A stretch of 64,000 nt of DNA. It comes from Candidatus Pacearchaeota archaeon (GTDB lineage Archaea; Nanobdellota; Nanobdellia; Pacearchaeales; GW2011-AR1). A program made the translations under genes and the position numbers. Below, piece by piece: positions 1 to 9,854 of the stretch. Numbering within the stretch: position 1 is the stretch's first letter; the number at the start of each line of letters is the position of its first letter. Where the stretch lies: the NCBI GenBank assembly GCA_041659945.1, contig JBAZXH010000002.1, forward strand, positions 127,415 through 191,414, in the 5' to 3' direction. The notes below the pieces were generated by a model, which was not told the origin of the DNA, ran no database searches, and saw nothing but the letters and a program-made list of their open reading frames with translations.

Positions 1-1
1 T

Positions 2-151
2 ATTTTGGATTATACTGAAAAGTTAAATATTACTTATATGGGAAAAGATACTGAAAAGGTAATTACCCCTGCAGCTGCACCATATCTTCTTATTTGTGAA
101 AATTTAGGAAAAACTGGAAGTTTAACTCAAATTAATTTTTATATGAGTTAG
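2..151 (+). CDS. 3' end of an upstream gene entering the window (hypothetical, partial)
   Basis: Frame 2 is open from the window edge to TAG 149-151 (...LICENLGKTGSLTQINFYMS*). No recognisable motif. Confidence 0.3.
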   Translation: MLDYTEKLNITYMGKDTEKVITPAAAPYLLICENLGKTGSLTQINFYMS

Positions 152-245
152 TTAAAAGAGAATAACATTCTATAAAACCCCTAAAACTTTCTTAGAAAGT
201 TTTAAATAAACAGTTAGCCATTTAAATTAACTAATAGAGGTGAAA

Positions 246-1778
246 ATGACAAACGATTTATTTATAGATATAGCACCACCAATACCTGCTCTACCCTTGT
301 TGAAAGATAAGACTACTGTTGACATTAGATATTCGGTAACATCTCCTTACACAACAATACATATCTACTGGGACCCGAAGGTTGCAGAATTAAAGTATGA
401 TGTTGAAGAGCCAATATTAACTGATGAGGAAGGGGCTAACTTGGATGAAATTGAAAGGGGTATGACCGAGTTAATAAACATAAATGTTGTTGTTGAAAAA
501 ACACAGGAAGCAATATTAGACTACATTGATAAAACTGCTAAATTGTTAATAAGTGAATTAAATCTCCAGGTTTCTGAATCTTCATATAAGAAGATATTTT
601 ATTATTTGTATAGAGATTTTGTTGGATTTAATGAGACTGATGCTCTAATGAATGATTATTTTATTGAAGATATAGAATGTAATGGGATAAACAGTCCAGT
701 CTATATTGTTCATAGAATATATAGAAACTTAAAGACAAATATCAACTTTAATTCACTTGAGAAACTAGCTAGTTTTGTTGAGAAACTTGCTCAAAGAGCT
801 GGGAGGTATATTTCATATGCTTCTCCAATATTGGATGGCTCGTTACCCGATGGTTCAAGAGTTAATGCAACATACACTACGGACATAAGCAGTAAAGGTC
901 CTACATTTACAATTAGAAAATTCACAACACTGCCTTGGACACCAATACAATTAATTTCATTTAATACTTTAAGTCCAGAGATGTTAGCTTATTTTTGGTT
1001 AATCATTCAGTACAAAGCAAATATCTTGATTGCAGGAGGAACTTCTTCGGGAAAAACGACTTTGCTAAATGCTATCTCATTTTTTATTCCTCCCGAGGCA
1101 AGAGTTGTAAGTATTGAAGATACTCGGGAATTAAATCTACCAAGAGAAAACTGGTTGCCAAGTGTTGCTAGAAGTGCTATTGGTACTGGAACAATTGGAG
1201 AGGTAGATTTATTTAAACTATTAAAAAATTCTTTTAGACAAAATCCGGACTATGTAATTGTTGGAGAAGTAAGAGGTCAAGAAGCTTTCGTATTGTTTCA
1301 GGGAATGGCTTCAGGGCATGCTTCAATAAGTACATTTCATGCAGATTCTGTTGATACGGTAATAAAACGTCTTGAAACTCCTCCGATAGAACTTTCACCA
1401 ACGCTAATAAACACCCTTGATGCGGTTGCGATAATGAATCATGTTATTGTAAAGAAAGAGCATACAAGAAGACTAACTTCAATTGTTGAAATAATTAATG
1501 TTAATTCGGAAGGAATTGCTCTAACAAACACCCCATTTATTTGGAATCCAGCAGAGGATAAATTTTATTTTAAGAAGGATAGCAAAGTTTTTGAAAAGAT
1601 AAAAAAAAGATATGGTTTGACTGATGAAGAGTTACATAAGGAGTTTGCAATAAGAACAAGGTTGTTGTATGAGATGTTTAGAAGAAGAATTTTTGATTTT
1701 AATGAAATTCAAAAGTTGGTTAATGAATATTATAAAAATCCAGAGAGTGTATTACGAAAGTTTGGTATTAGAATCTAA
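246..1778 (+). CDS. Type IV pilus/archaellum-family secretion ATPase (FlaI/ArlI/PilB-GspE superfamily)
   Basis: Walker A AGGTSSGKTTLLNA, Walker B-like DYVIVGEVRGQEA and SGHASISTFHA box are typical of GspE/VirB11/FlaI ATPases. A GAGGTGA SD at 237-243 favours ATG 246 over the GTG 240 of the ORF track. Confidence 0.85.
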   Translation: MTNDLFIDIAPPIPALPLLKDKTTVDIRYSVTSPYTTIHIYWDPKVAELKYDVEEPILTDEEGANLDEIERGMTELININVVVEKTQEAILDYIDKTAKLLISELNLQVSESSYKKIFYYLYRDFVGFNETDALMNDYFIEDIECNGINSPVYIVHRIYRNLKTNINFNSLEKLASFVEKLAQRAGRYISYASPILDGSLPDGSRVNATYTTDISSKGPTFTIRKFTTLPWTPIQLISFNTLSPEMLAYFWLIIQYKANILIAGGTSSGKTTLLNAISFFIPPEARVVSIEDTRELNLPRENWLPSVARSAIGTGTIGEVDLFKLLKNSFRQNPDYVIVGEVRGQEAFVLFQGMASGHASISTFHADSVDTVIKRLETPPIELSPTLINTLDAVAIMNHVIVKKEHTRRLTSIVEIINVNSEGIALTNTPFIWNPAEDKFYFKKDSKVFEKIKKRYGLTDEELHKEFAIRTRLLYEMFRRRIFDFNEIQKLVNEYYKNPESVLRKFGIRI

Positions 1779-1785
1779 AAAGAAA

Positions 1786-1953
1786 ATGATTACAGAAAAA
1801 AATCTATATGTCCTATCACAATTTATAAATGCACTAAATGAAGCATGTAATAAATTAGAAGAGAGTTATGTGAGAAAAGATATAGAAAATTTTGAGAAAT
1901 CAAAAAGATTAATCTTTGAACTTAAATCTAAAATTGATTCTATGTTACAATGA
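1786..1953 (+). CDS. Small helical protein of the pilus-like operon (hypothetical)
   Basis: 55-aa ORF starting at ATG 1786, just after the ATPase stop. Its stop overlaps the next start (ATGA at 1950-1953). The 1669 start in the ORF track overlaps the ATPase and is unlikely. Confidence 0.4.
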   Translation: MITEKNLYVLSQFINALNEACNKLEESYVRKDIENFEKSKRLIFELKSKIDSMLQ

Positions 1954-3302
1954 GTCTACAAGTTTTAAAGGTAAATGCTCTGCAGGAGAAAAAATTGCTT
2001 GACAAATTAAACTTTCTTTTGAGAAAGAATATGATGTCTACTGATCTAAGAGAAAAACGAGTTATAGAAAATGCTATAATTGCTACTCAAAATCAGATGA
2101 GAATTTTAAATAATTCTATTCCACTGTTGTTAAATAATATTTCATTAGCTAGAAGACTTCCTCAACCAGAAAATTTAGTAAGTCTTCCTAAACCAATACA
2201 GCAGGCAACAATAAAAAAAGAGCTTGGAGGAGAATTGATTACTCTTAAACAAGAGCTGGAGGGTTCTGAAACTTTAATTGCCATAGCAAAGAGAGACAAA
2301 AACGAATATTTAAAACAGCTACAGATCACAAATGATTCTTTAAAACATATTAAGAAAAAAGAAGAATTGATAGAATCTTTTGATAATGAGTATAAAAAAC
2401 CTAATGGATATGTTACTGCTGCAAATAAAATTTTTTCTGAATCTTCCAAAAAATACATTGAAGGGGGTTACTTTAATTGGTTAAAAATATCATTAAAAAG
2501 GGGAGGATTTCAGATTTTACCAAGTAGCTATGTTTCAGTTATATTTCTTACAACTTTTTTAGCTTTTTTCATAGGAATTATTTTGACAATAATCTTAGTA
2601 TTCTTTCAGATATCAATTACTCCTCCATTTATAGCACTAAGTCAGGAGATAACTCAAAGGCTTATTAAATTTGGAGGTTTAGTTTTAGGTATTCCTATTT
2701 TAACTTTCCTAGCCCTATACATTTATCCTTCTACAGAAAAATCTTCAATTGAAAAAGATATTGATTATGAACTTCCATTTGCAACAATACAAATGTCTGC
2801 AATAGCAAGTGCAGATATAGAACCAAGTAATATTTTTAGAATAATTGCGCTCAATAAAGAATATCCTTCCATTAGACAGGAGGCAAAGAAAGTAATGAAT
2901 CAAATAAACCTCTATGGGTATGATTTAATAACTGCCTTGAGAAATGTTGCAATGAGTAGCCCGAGTCATAAATGGGCTGATTTACTTAATGGATTTTCAA
3001 CAACAATAAGATCTGGAGGAGACTTGGGAAAATATCTAGGTAAAAAGGCAGAAACTATGCTTTTTGAGTATAAATTAAAAAAAGAAAAATCAACAAAGGC
3101 TGCTGAAACATTTATGAATGTTTACATAAGTATCGTTATTGCTGCACCAATGTTGTTAATGTTAGTTTTAGTCATGCTTAATGTAAGTGGCATAGGATTT
3201 AGTATGCCTATTTCCATCTTGACTCTTGTGGCCGTGGGAGTAGTTTCATTAATAAATGTAGTTTTCATTGCATACTTACATGTAAGCCAAAAAAGAATAT
3301 GA
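1950..3302 (+). CDS. Pilus platform membrane protein, single T2SSF-type domain (FlaJ/TadB-like) with long coiled-coil N-terminus
   Basis: About 170 aa of soluble K/E/L-rich N-terminus, then a TM pair, a soluble helical domain (LPFATIQMSAIASADIEPSNIFRII..., RSGGDLGKYL) and C-terminal TMs. Translationally coupled within the operon. Confidence 0.65.
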   Translation: MSLQVLKVNALQEKKLLDKLNFLLRKNMMSTDLREKRVIENAIIATQNQMRILNNSIPLLLNNISLARRLPQPENLVSLPKPIQQATIKKELGGELITLKQELEGSETLIAIAKRDKNEYLKQLQITNDSLKHIKKKEELIESFDNEYKKPNGYVTAANKIFSESSKKYIEGGYFNWLKISLKRGGFQILPSSYVSVIFLTTFLAFFIGIILTIILVFFQISITPPFIALSQEITQRLIKFGGLVLGIPILTFLALYIYPSTEKSSIEKDIDYELPFATIQMSAIASADIEPSNIFRIIALNKEYPSIRQEAKKVMNQINLYGYDLITALRNVAMSSPSHKWADLLNGFSTTIRSGGDLGKYLGKKAETMLFEYKLKKEKSTKAAETFMNVYISIVIAAPMLLMLVLVMLNVSGIGFSMPISILTLVAVGVVSLINVVFIAYLHVSQKRI

Positions 3303-3392
3303 ACAATAACATAAAATTTTATAAGGTAAAATTTAAACTGCGAGAATTCATGGAATTCTCTGGCACTCGCTTGAAGAGGTCAAGCTCATGAA

Positions 3393-4256
3393 ATGAAAAT
3401 AACAAAAAGTGTTTTGTTGGGGATTTTTTTAGGATTATTAGTTCTAGGCGGGGCAGTGGCTGCTTATTTGATTCCTCAGGAAAAATCAATGAACTTAGTT
3501 TATTTTTTGGTTGGTGCAGGATTTTTAATAATTGTTTTTCCATTTGTTCTAAGCTCAGTTTTTGAAACAAGATCTGAAAGAGAAAAGGATGAAATGTTCT
3601 TGGAGTTTGCTAGATCACTTGTTGAGGCAGTTGATTCGGGTACTCCAATAAGTAAAAGCATTATTAATCTCAAAGCAAAAAGTTTTGGTAGTTTAAGTCC
3701 GTATATAGAGAAATTAGCAAATCAAATAGAAATAGGCATTCCAGTTAAAGATGCACTTGAAACTTTTGCATATGATACTAAGAGTAAAACAATAATTAGA
3801 GCAATAACATTGATTAGAGAAGCAGAAAAAACTGGTGGAAACATTAGTAGTATATTGGACTCGGTAGCAACATCTGTTTCTGACATAGAAAAATTAAAAG
3901 CTGAAAGAAGGTCTGCAATATCTTCGATTGTTATGGAGGGATACATAATCTTCATAGTATTCATAGTTATTATGGTCATAATGGAAATAAAGATTATTCC
4001 AATGACTTCTACAATAAACACCATATCCAATACTGCTTCACAAATGGATATTGCTGGAATTGGTGGGGGAAATGCAATTCCTAGTTCTCAATATTCAATT
4101 GCTTTTTTATCACTTTTAGCAACACAGGGGTTATTTTCAGGGTTGGTAATCGGAAAGTTAGCAGAGGGAACTATAAAGGCAGGAATTAAACACTCTTTTA
4201 TTTCCGTTGCAATGGCATTATTAATCTCAACTGGAGCAAGGATATTTTTAGGATGA
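3393..4256 (+). CDS. Second pilus platform membrane protein, T2SSF-type domain (TadC-like)
   Basis: TM, then a soluble helical domain (GTPISKSIINL..., IREAEKTGGNISSILDSVA), then 3 TM. Same architecture as the preceding gene. Confidence 0.6.
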   Translation: MKITKSVLLGIFLGLLVLGGAVAAYLIPQEKSMNLVYFLVGAGFLIIVFPFVLSSVFETRSEREKDEMFLEFARSLVEAVDSGTPISKSIINLKAKSFGSLSPYIEKLANQIEIGIPVKDALETFAYDTKSKTIIRAITLIREAEKTGGNISSILDSVATSVSDIEKLKAERRSAISSIVMEGYIIFIVFIVIMVIMEIKIIPMTSTINTISNTASQMDIAGIGGGNAIPSSQYSIAFLSLLATQGLFSGLVIGKLAEGTIKAGIKHSFISVAMALLISTGARIFLG

Positions 4257-5032
4257 TTGACTCAATAATCAAAAGGAATAGAAGGGCACAGAGCCATATT
4301 GAGGTAGTTATTGCTTTTGTAATTTTTATAACATTCTTAATATTTATATTTACTTTGTTTAATCCATTTAAAAAACAAATAAATCCTGAATTTGCTAATT
4401 CAGTATTCAATAAAATAAGGGAAAATACTTCGACTATACTGAGTAGTGTGTCAATTAATTTGAATACTAGTAGTATGACTAATGTTACCAGCAATATTCT
4501 AACTTGGAGTTGCATTGCAATACCTCCAATAGAGGGATTTGATTGTAGTGGAACAAAAAAATTAGTCGTGAAAAAGAGTAATGATGAGATTGTATCTGGA
4601 TTTATTGATAGTGTTGATGGAAACAAAATAAAATTTGAACAGGAAAAAGATATAACAAAAACTTTTTATACATTTTATTGTGAAGAAAATTTAACTGAAA
4701 ATCACGGCGGATTTGTTCCAAGTACATGTATGGCTTTAACTAAGGAAAAGAATTATAGTTTGGGAATAGTTGTTAGTAGGGATTTATTTTCTGGAGATAA
4801 GATAAAGGTGTTTAATGATTCATATACTCGGAATTATTTTAATATTAAAAGTACCTTTGTACCCTCAACAAATGATTTTGGGGTTGTTATTGTAACTGAG
4901 AACGAACTTGTATTAAACGCAACAAGAAAGATACCTAGAGGAATAAATGTAGATTCTCAAATAACTCCAATTGATATTGTTGGTAAGGACGCTGAAATTA
5001 AAAAAGCTACAATTAATATATTTGTATGGTAA
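4253..5032 (+). CDS. Prepilin-like protein (class III signal peptide)
   Basis: ATGA start overlap with the upstream gene. The N-terminus KRNRRAQSHIEVVIAFVIFITFLIFIFTLF has a basic patch, a short polar stretch, a Glu and a hydrophobic helix. Confidence 0.5.
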   Translation: MIDSIIKRNRRAQSHIEVVIAFVIFITFLIFIFTLFNPFKKQINPEFANSVFNKIRENTSTILSSVSINLNTSSMTNVTSNILTWSCIAIPPIEGFDCSGTKKLVVKKSNDEIVSGFIDSVDGNKIKFEQEKDITKTFYTFYCEENLTENHGGFVPSTCMALTKEKNYSLGIVVSRDLFSGDKIKVFNDSYTRNYFNIKSTFVPSTNDFGVVIVTENELVLNATRKIPRGINVDSQITPIDIVGKDAEIKKATINIFVW

Positions 5033-5478
5033 CTAAAATGATAAAAGGAAAAAAAGGAATTGTAAGAATCATTGAAGTTTTTATTGCAATAATAATAATT
5101 GCTTCTGTTGCAGTTTTTATTTATACTGCTCAGGTGAAAAAGGTAGACAGATCTGAATCAGTTTATAGATTAGAAACAATTATCCTTGATAGAATTGCTT
5201 CGAATGATACTTTAAGAAATGCAGTTTTAAAATCAGATGAGCCTGATCCAGCAGGAATAGGTAATATAACTTTGATAAATAATACAATAAAAGATGTTGT
5301 TCCTTCGGATTATGTTTTTATGTTTAAGATATGTGGCCTAAATCAAATATGTGGACTAGAACACACTTCAAGTTATTATACTAAAAAAGAGATTTATGCA
5401 CGTGAAATTTCAGTGAGTTCAACATTAAGTGAATATGATCCAAAAAAAATTAGATTGTTTATTTGGTTAAAAGAATAG
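5026..5478 (+). CDS. Prepilin-like protein (class III signal peptide)
   Basis: N-terminus KGKKGIVRIIEVFIAIIIIASVAVFIYTA. Overlaps the upstream gene by 7 nt, so it belongs to the operon. Confidence 0.5.
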   Translation: MVTKMIKGKKGIVRIIEVFIAIIIIASVAVFIYTAQVKKVDRSESVYRLETIILDRIASNDTLRNAVLKSDEPDPAGIGNITLINNTIKDVVPSDYVFMFKICGLNQICGLEHTSSYYTKKEIYAREISVSSTLSEYDPKKIRLFIWLKE

Positions 5479-5550
5479 AAAGTTAGCAAAGGTTTAAAAG
5501 ATAAAAAATACTATAATAACTAACATTTGTTTAACAAAAAGGAGGTGAAA

Positions 5551-5748
5551 ATGGCTAAAAAAAGTGTTCTAGACTGGATTGCTCTAGTTTTAGTGATAAT
5601 AGGTGGTCTTAACTGGGGATTAACTGCTCTTAACTACAATGTGGTTGATATGCTGTTCTCAGGAAGTCTTGCTATTGTTGCTACAATAATTTACGGACTT
5701 GTAGGACTAGCAGCATTGTACATGATTTATTTTGCAATTAAAAAATAA
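5551..5748 (+). CDS. DUF378-type small membrane protein
   Basis: GGLNWGLTALNYNVVDMLF signature and two TM helices. A GGAGGTGA SD at 5541-5548 supports ATG 5551 rather than TTG 5527. Confidence 0.6.
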   Translation: MAKKSVLDWIALVLVIIGGLNWGLTALNYNVVDMLFSGSLAIVATIIYGLVGLAALYMIYFAIKK

Positions 5749-5764
5749 ATTGTTGTTGCCGCGA

Positions 5765-5776
5765 TTTTTTATTTTT
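5765..5776 (+). terminator. Oligo-T tract (T6-A-T5), archaeal-type terminator
   Basis: TTTTTTATTTTT lies 17 nt after the DUF378 stop. Confidence 0.35.
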
Positions 5777-5814
5777 AGGATTAAATATAAATACTAATTC
5801 TTTTATTTTATTAT

Positions 5815-6270
5815 ATGAACTCACAAGTTAAAGAAGGGAAAGGAAAATTTGAATTTTTACCGCATACTGCAGATATAAAGTTTAGAGCATATGGAAAAAA
5901 TCTCAGCAAACTATTTGAAAATTCTGCTTTAGCAATGTTTAATTCGATGTATTCTGGAAAAGTAAAATCCAAGATGAGGAAAAGTTTTTCTATTGTTGGT
6001 AGAGAGAATAATTTAGAAGCTTTACTTTACAGTTTTCTTGAAAAGTTTTTAATACTGCTTGACACAAAAAACTTTTTTGTTGCAAAATTGAAAGTTAAAA
6101 TTATTTTTGTAGACGGGAAGACTAGATTAAATGCAGAGGTTTTTGGAGATAGTGTAAAAAATTATCAAATTGACCTCGATGTAAAAGCAGTTACCTATAA
6201 TGAGATGTTTATCAAAAGAATTAGCAAATCAAATAATTCTTGGGTTTGTCAAGTTGTTTTGGATGTTTGA
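5815..6270 (+). CDS. Archease (RtcB activator/chaperone family)
   Basis: FLPHTADIKFRAYG N-terminal motif and VKAVTYNEM C-terminal motif; about 150 aa. Confidence 0.8.
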   Translation: MNSQVKEGKGKFEFLPHTADIKFRAYGKNLSKLFENSALAMFNSMYSGKVKSKMRKSFSIVGRENNLEALLYSFLEKFLILLDTKNFFVAKLKVKIIFVDGKTRLNAEVFGDSVKNYQIDLDVKAVTYNEMFIKRISKSNNSWVCQVVLDV

Positions 6271-6385
6271 AAATTTTTATGAAAATTTTCAAGTCACAAA
6301 AATCTTTGATTTTTGATGTTTAACTGTAAAAACTTTAAAATATAAATAAGTTTATAAAGTCTAAAAATCAAAATATATTAGGAAA

Positions 6386-9300
6386 ATGAGTATACAAAAG
6401 AGGAAGAGTGGTGGTGAAATCTATGTTTCTGTATTATTTATATTAGCTTTGATGTTAGTTGTTTTATCTTTGAGTTTTGTTAGTGCTGCCAATAAACCAA
6501 TAAAAGCTTGGGATATATATATTACTCTTCAAGAAGAATCAAGTGCTAAATATCTTTCTGTAAATGGTGAGGGAACACCATTAACTGATGGAGTTAATGC
6601 AAACAGAGGCATTGTTGGCAATGAACTAGAACAGTTTTATTTAAGACCAATGTATGCTGATAACACAATTAATTATGCAAGTAGAGGGCAGTCTGTTACA
6701 AGTGGAGAATATGTTAGTTTTGTTTTTATTAAAAAAGATACTGCTTTAATGTACATAGACAGTGGTTGGATTCACGGATCTGGATTAGCAAGTCAAGATG
6801 GTGAGGGAGGTACTGTGCTAAAACTTCAAATATTTAAGGACGGTGGAAATGCTGGTGATGAAATTCTTTGTGGAGATAAAGTTTATTTTAAAGATCCTAA
6901 TGAAAATAAATACTTAGATATTGATTTTGGGCAGTCCCATAATCCGGCTCAGAGAGGTAATGGATTAAACAGATTTTATATTTATGAAGCAGATGGTGGT
7001 TGTTCAAGTACTGAAACTCCAGAAAATGGAATTAAAAGTTGGGATTTAACAGGAGAACCAATACAACATACTCTTTTTGATCAGCTTAGTACGCAGAATA
7101 ATGGAAATGGTGTTGGAAAAATGCATTCATATACTTGTAGTGTTGGATATTTGCCTGTAGGACTTACGCAAAATTATGATGGAGAATATGTTGGTGATGT
7201 TTGTTTAATTTGTGCTAAGTATAATATCGTTAATGGAAAGATTAAGATTGACACTACTGATAAAAAATATATTGGAGGTAACTGTCAGTCTGAAATAAAT
7301 CCTCTTTATTGCCCTATAAAGGGTGGTAAGCAAACAGTAATGGTTGATATTGGAGGAATGGTTGATAAAGCAGGCACAAAACCACTTACTAAATCTATAA
7401 AAGATTACGCAAGAAGCTACAAACCGTATTGTTTACCAATTAATCCAGACACTGGAGAAATTGAAGGAGAAAGAACTGGTGGAGAATGTGAAGTTGGTCA
7501 AGTAATGGTAGGGTTTACTCATGCTGATGGATTAATTTTTGAACAGCAATGCTCTGCTTGGGAATCTGTTTGGTTTGGCTCTGATAAAAAGGACCAGAAA
7601 ATTGTCGATGACAACTGTTGTTTTGATCCATGGAATGACTGTGAGGATAAATCATGTCTTTCACCTAATACTAAATGTGAAAGATGTGGTCCGTTTGGTG
7701 CTATTTGTCGTACTGGTAAGGATCATAGAGATTTTACAACTAACTCAAGAGGAGCTAGTCCAATATGCCAGGCATATGAAGTTAAATCATCTCTTTTAAG
7801 TTGTGGAAATGGTGTTTGTGATGCTAATGAAGACTGTACTTGTATAGATTGTGATAAACAAAAAGCAAAATGTTCTGAAGGACAGGTTTGTGATTATACT
7901 CAAACAAATTGTGTAGATGCAACATGTACTTGTGATTTTGCAGATTCTTGTGGAAAACCAGTTGAAGGAACTAGTTGTGCTGGAACTTGTACTTCTGCAA
8001 ATGGAGGAAAATGTTCTACCGGAACTTGTGATGCTAGTGGTGCTTGTAGTGTAGTTCCTGCTGGAACTTGTCCAAGTGGCTTAGACTCTGAATGTACAGC
8101 AGATTATGCTGGACAACCAAGACACTTTTATACAGTTGATAAAGCTGAAAGAAATAGTGATGCAAGTGGAAGATTTGTTTATGAGGGAATAGCTGGTTAT
8201 GTTTATTCAACAGAAGTTGCTGGAACAGAGAGATTATACAGACAAAAAAATAATGTTACAAAAGATCATTTTTACACAGTAACTACTTCGGGAGTTAGCA
8301 CTGCTGAAGGTCTTGGGTATGTTAATGAAACTCAAGAGGCTTATGTTTTAGCTACGACTGCACAAGTTTGTTGTGAGACTACTTTAGTAACAGATCCTCC
8401 AGTAGTTTCGTATGATTGGGTACATCTTGCTTCTGATTGTGCATTACCTGCAGATTGGGTTGGAGCAAGTAAGAAACTTGTAGATTCTAGTTTATGTTCT
8501 TCTATAGAACAGACAGTTACTCCATTATATAGATTATATAAAGGTGATAGAGGACACTTTTATACTTGGGATGTAGCTGAGAAAGATTCTGCTGTGGCAA
8601 TGGGCTATACTCCTGAAGGAAATGAGGGAAATGTTTTATTAAAACAGATTGATGGAACTGTTCCGTTATACAGGCTTTACTACCCTGGAAAAACTTGTGA
8701 TGCTGTAACTAAAAATTGTGTTTCTAATAAGTATGTAAATCCGTGTACAGTTGATGGCGAACAAACAGCTACAGAAAATTGTGATGATGGCAACTTAATT
8801 AATGATGATGCTTGTTCAAATAATTGTATTTCTAAGGCTTGTGTAGAACCTGGAAAACTTTATCAATGTCCTGACGGAAGTTGTGTTACAAATGCTGCTG
8901 ATTGTCAGCCTATAACTCCTTCTGGATGTACTCCAAATAAGGTTTGTGATTCTGGTGAAAATTGTGATTGTCCAGACTGTCACGGATATAAGGACAGCTG
9001 TAGTGGTGCTGATCAGGTTTGTAGTTTTATCAGCAAAACTTGTGTAACTTGTGAAAGTCTTGGACTAGCTTTCTCTGCTGCATCAGATGCTACAACACCC
9101 TTTTTAGGAACTTGTACATTTGATCCTAGTTATCCTAAGGTAACAATTACAAAACCAGTAAAAAGTGATGATCCTGACAATTGGGAAGAATATAAAGTTG
9201 GAGAAGAAATAACTATTGAAGCTACTATGGACAATAAAAGAAAAGATCTTATGGCTGAATGGGATTTTGGAGATAATAATAAGACTGTGATAACTAATTG

Positions 9301-9829
9301 TTTAACAACAAATGTTGGTAAATGCGCTAAGTTGTATCATACATATAGCACCAAAGGAGCTTATACAATTAAGGTAAATGTTAGTGAAATGGGTGGAGAG
9401 AAATTCGCAGTGGATCATACAAGCGTATTTGCTTATATGGTTGGACCTAATCCAATGGCAATAATAACGCAACCAAAGTTTGGAGATGTAATCCCTGATA
9501 ATAACTCTGTGAAGTTTAATGCAAGCGAAAGTTTTGTGGCTGATTGTGTTTCACCTTACACTACATGTACTGCTCCAAGCTATGAAGTTGGAACTAGTGA
9601 TAAGTTATGTTGTACTAAATTAGCAAATCCTTCAGATGCTACTGCTGGATATAAATTCCACTTTGAATGGACATTTACAGATTTTGGAACTGAAGGTGCT
9701 TCAACTCCGGTAACAATCAAAGGAACTTGGGCTGATGATTATAGTAAAGTTGTTGATTTTAGCTGGGCATTTATAACACCTGGAGTTCACACTGCAAAGC
9801 TAAGAGTAGGTTATGAGAAAATAGTTTAA
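6386..9829 (+). CDS. Giant secreted Cys-rich mosaic surface protein (signal peptide; HFYT/LYR repeats; Cys-rich repeats; PKD-like domains)
   Basis: Signal peptide ...LSLSFVSAANKP. Repeats RHFYTVDKAE...RLYRQ, DHFYTV and PLYRLY..GHFYTWD resemble DUF5648. CDDGNLINDDACSNNC resembles the Myxococcus-type Cys-rich repeat. WDFGDNNKT...YHTYSTKGAYTIKVNV is a PKD signature. No C-terminal TM. Confidence 0.8.
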   Translation: MSIQKRKSGGEIYVSVLFILALMLVVLSLSFVSAANKPIKAWDIYITLQEESSAKYLSVNGEGTPLTDGVNANRGIVGNELEQFYLRPMYADNTINYASRGQSVTSGEYVSFVFIKKDTALMYIDSGWIHGSGLASQDGEGGTVLKLQIFKDGGNAGDEILCGDKVYFKDPNENKYLDIDFGQSHNPAQRGNGLNRFYIYEADGGCSSTETPENGIKSWDLTGEPIQHTLFDQLSTQNNGNGVGKMHSYTCSVGYLPVGLTQNYDGEYVGDVCLICAKYNIVNGKIKIDTTDKKYIGGNCQSEINPLYCPIKGGKQTVMVDIGGMVDKAGTKPLTKSIKDYARSYKPYCLPINPDTGEIEGERTGGECEVGQVMVGFTHADGLIFEQQCSAWESVWFGSDKKDQKIVDDNCCFDPWNDCEDKSCLSPNTKCERCGPFGAICRTGKDHRDFTTNSRGASPICQAYEVKSSLLSCGNGVCDANEDCTCIDCDKQKAKCSEGQVCDYTQTNCVDATCTCDFADSCGKPVEGTSCAGTCTSANGGKCSTGTCDASGACSVVPAGTCPSGLDSECTADYAGQPRHFYTVDKAERNSDASGRFVYEGIAGYVYSTEVAGTERLYRQKNNVTKDHFYTVTTSGVSTAEGLGYVNETQEAYVLATTAQVCCETTLVTDPPVVSYDWVHLASDCALPADWVGASKKLVDSSLCSSIEQTVTPLYRLYKGDRGHFYTWDVAEKDSAVAMGYTPEGNEGNVLLKQIDGTVPLYRLYYPGKTCDAVTKNCVSNKYVNPCTVDGEQTATENCDDGNLINDDACSNNCISKACVEPGKLYQCPDGSCVTNAADCQPITPSGCTPNKVCDSGENCDCPDCHGYKDSCSGADQVCSFISKTCVTCESLGLAFSAASDATTPFLGTCTFDPSYPKVTITKPVKSDDPDNWEEYKVGEEITIEATMDNKRKDLMAEWDFGDNNKTVITNCLTTNVGKCAKLYHTYSTKGAYTIKVNVSEMGGEKFAVDHTSVFAYMVGPNPMAIITQPKFGDVIPDNNSVKFNASESFVADCVSPYTTCTAPSYEVGTSDKLCCTKLANPSDATAGYKFHFEWTFTDFGTEGASTPVTIKGTWADDYSKVVDFSWAFITPGVHTAKLRVGYEKIV

Positions 9830-9854
9830 ATACTAAATAGAATAAAATAATAAA

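Noticed and set aside
3319-3570. 83-aa minus-strand ORF, and a similar 61-aa ORF at 10732-10917
   Set aside because: They are antisense to operon junctions and to the 5' ends of well-supported plus-strand membrane protein genes.
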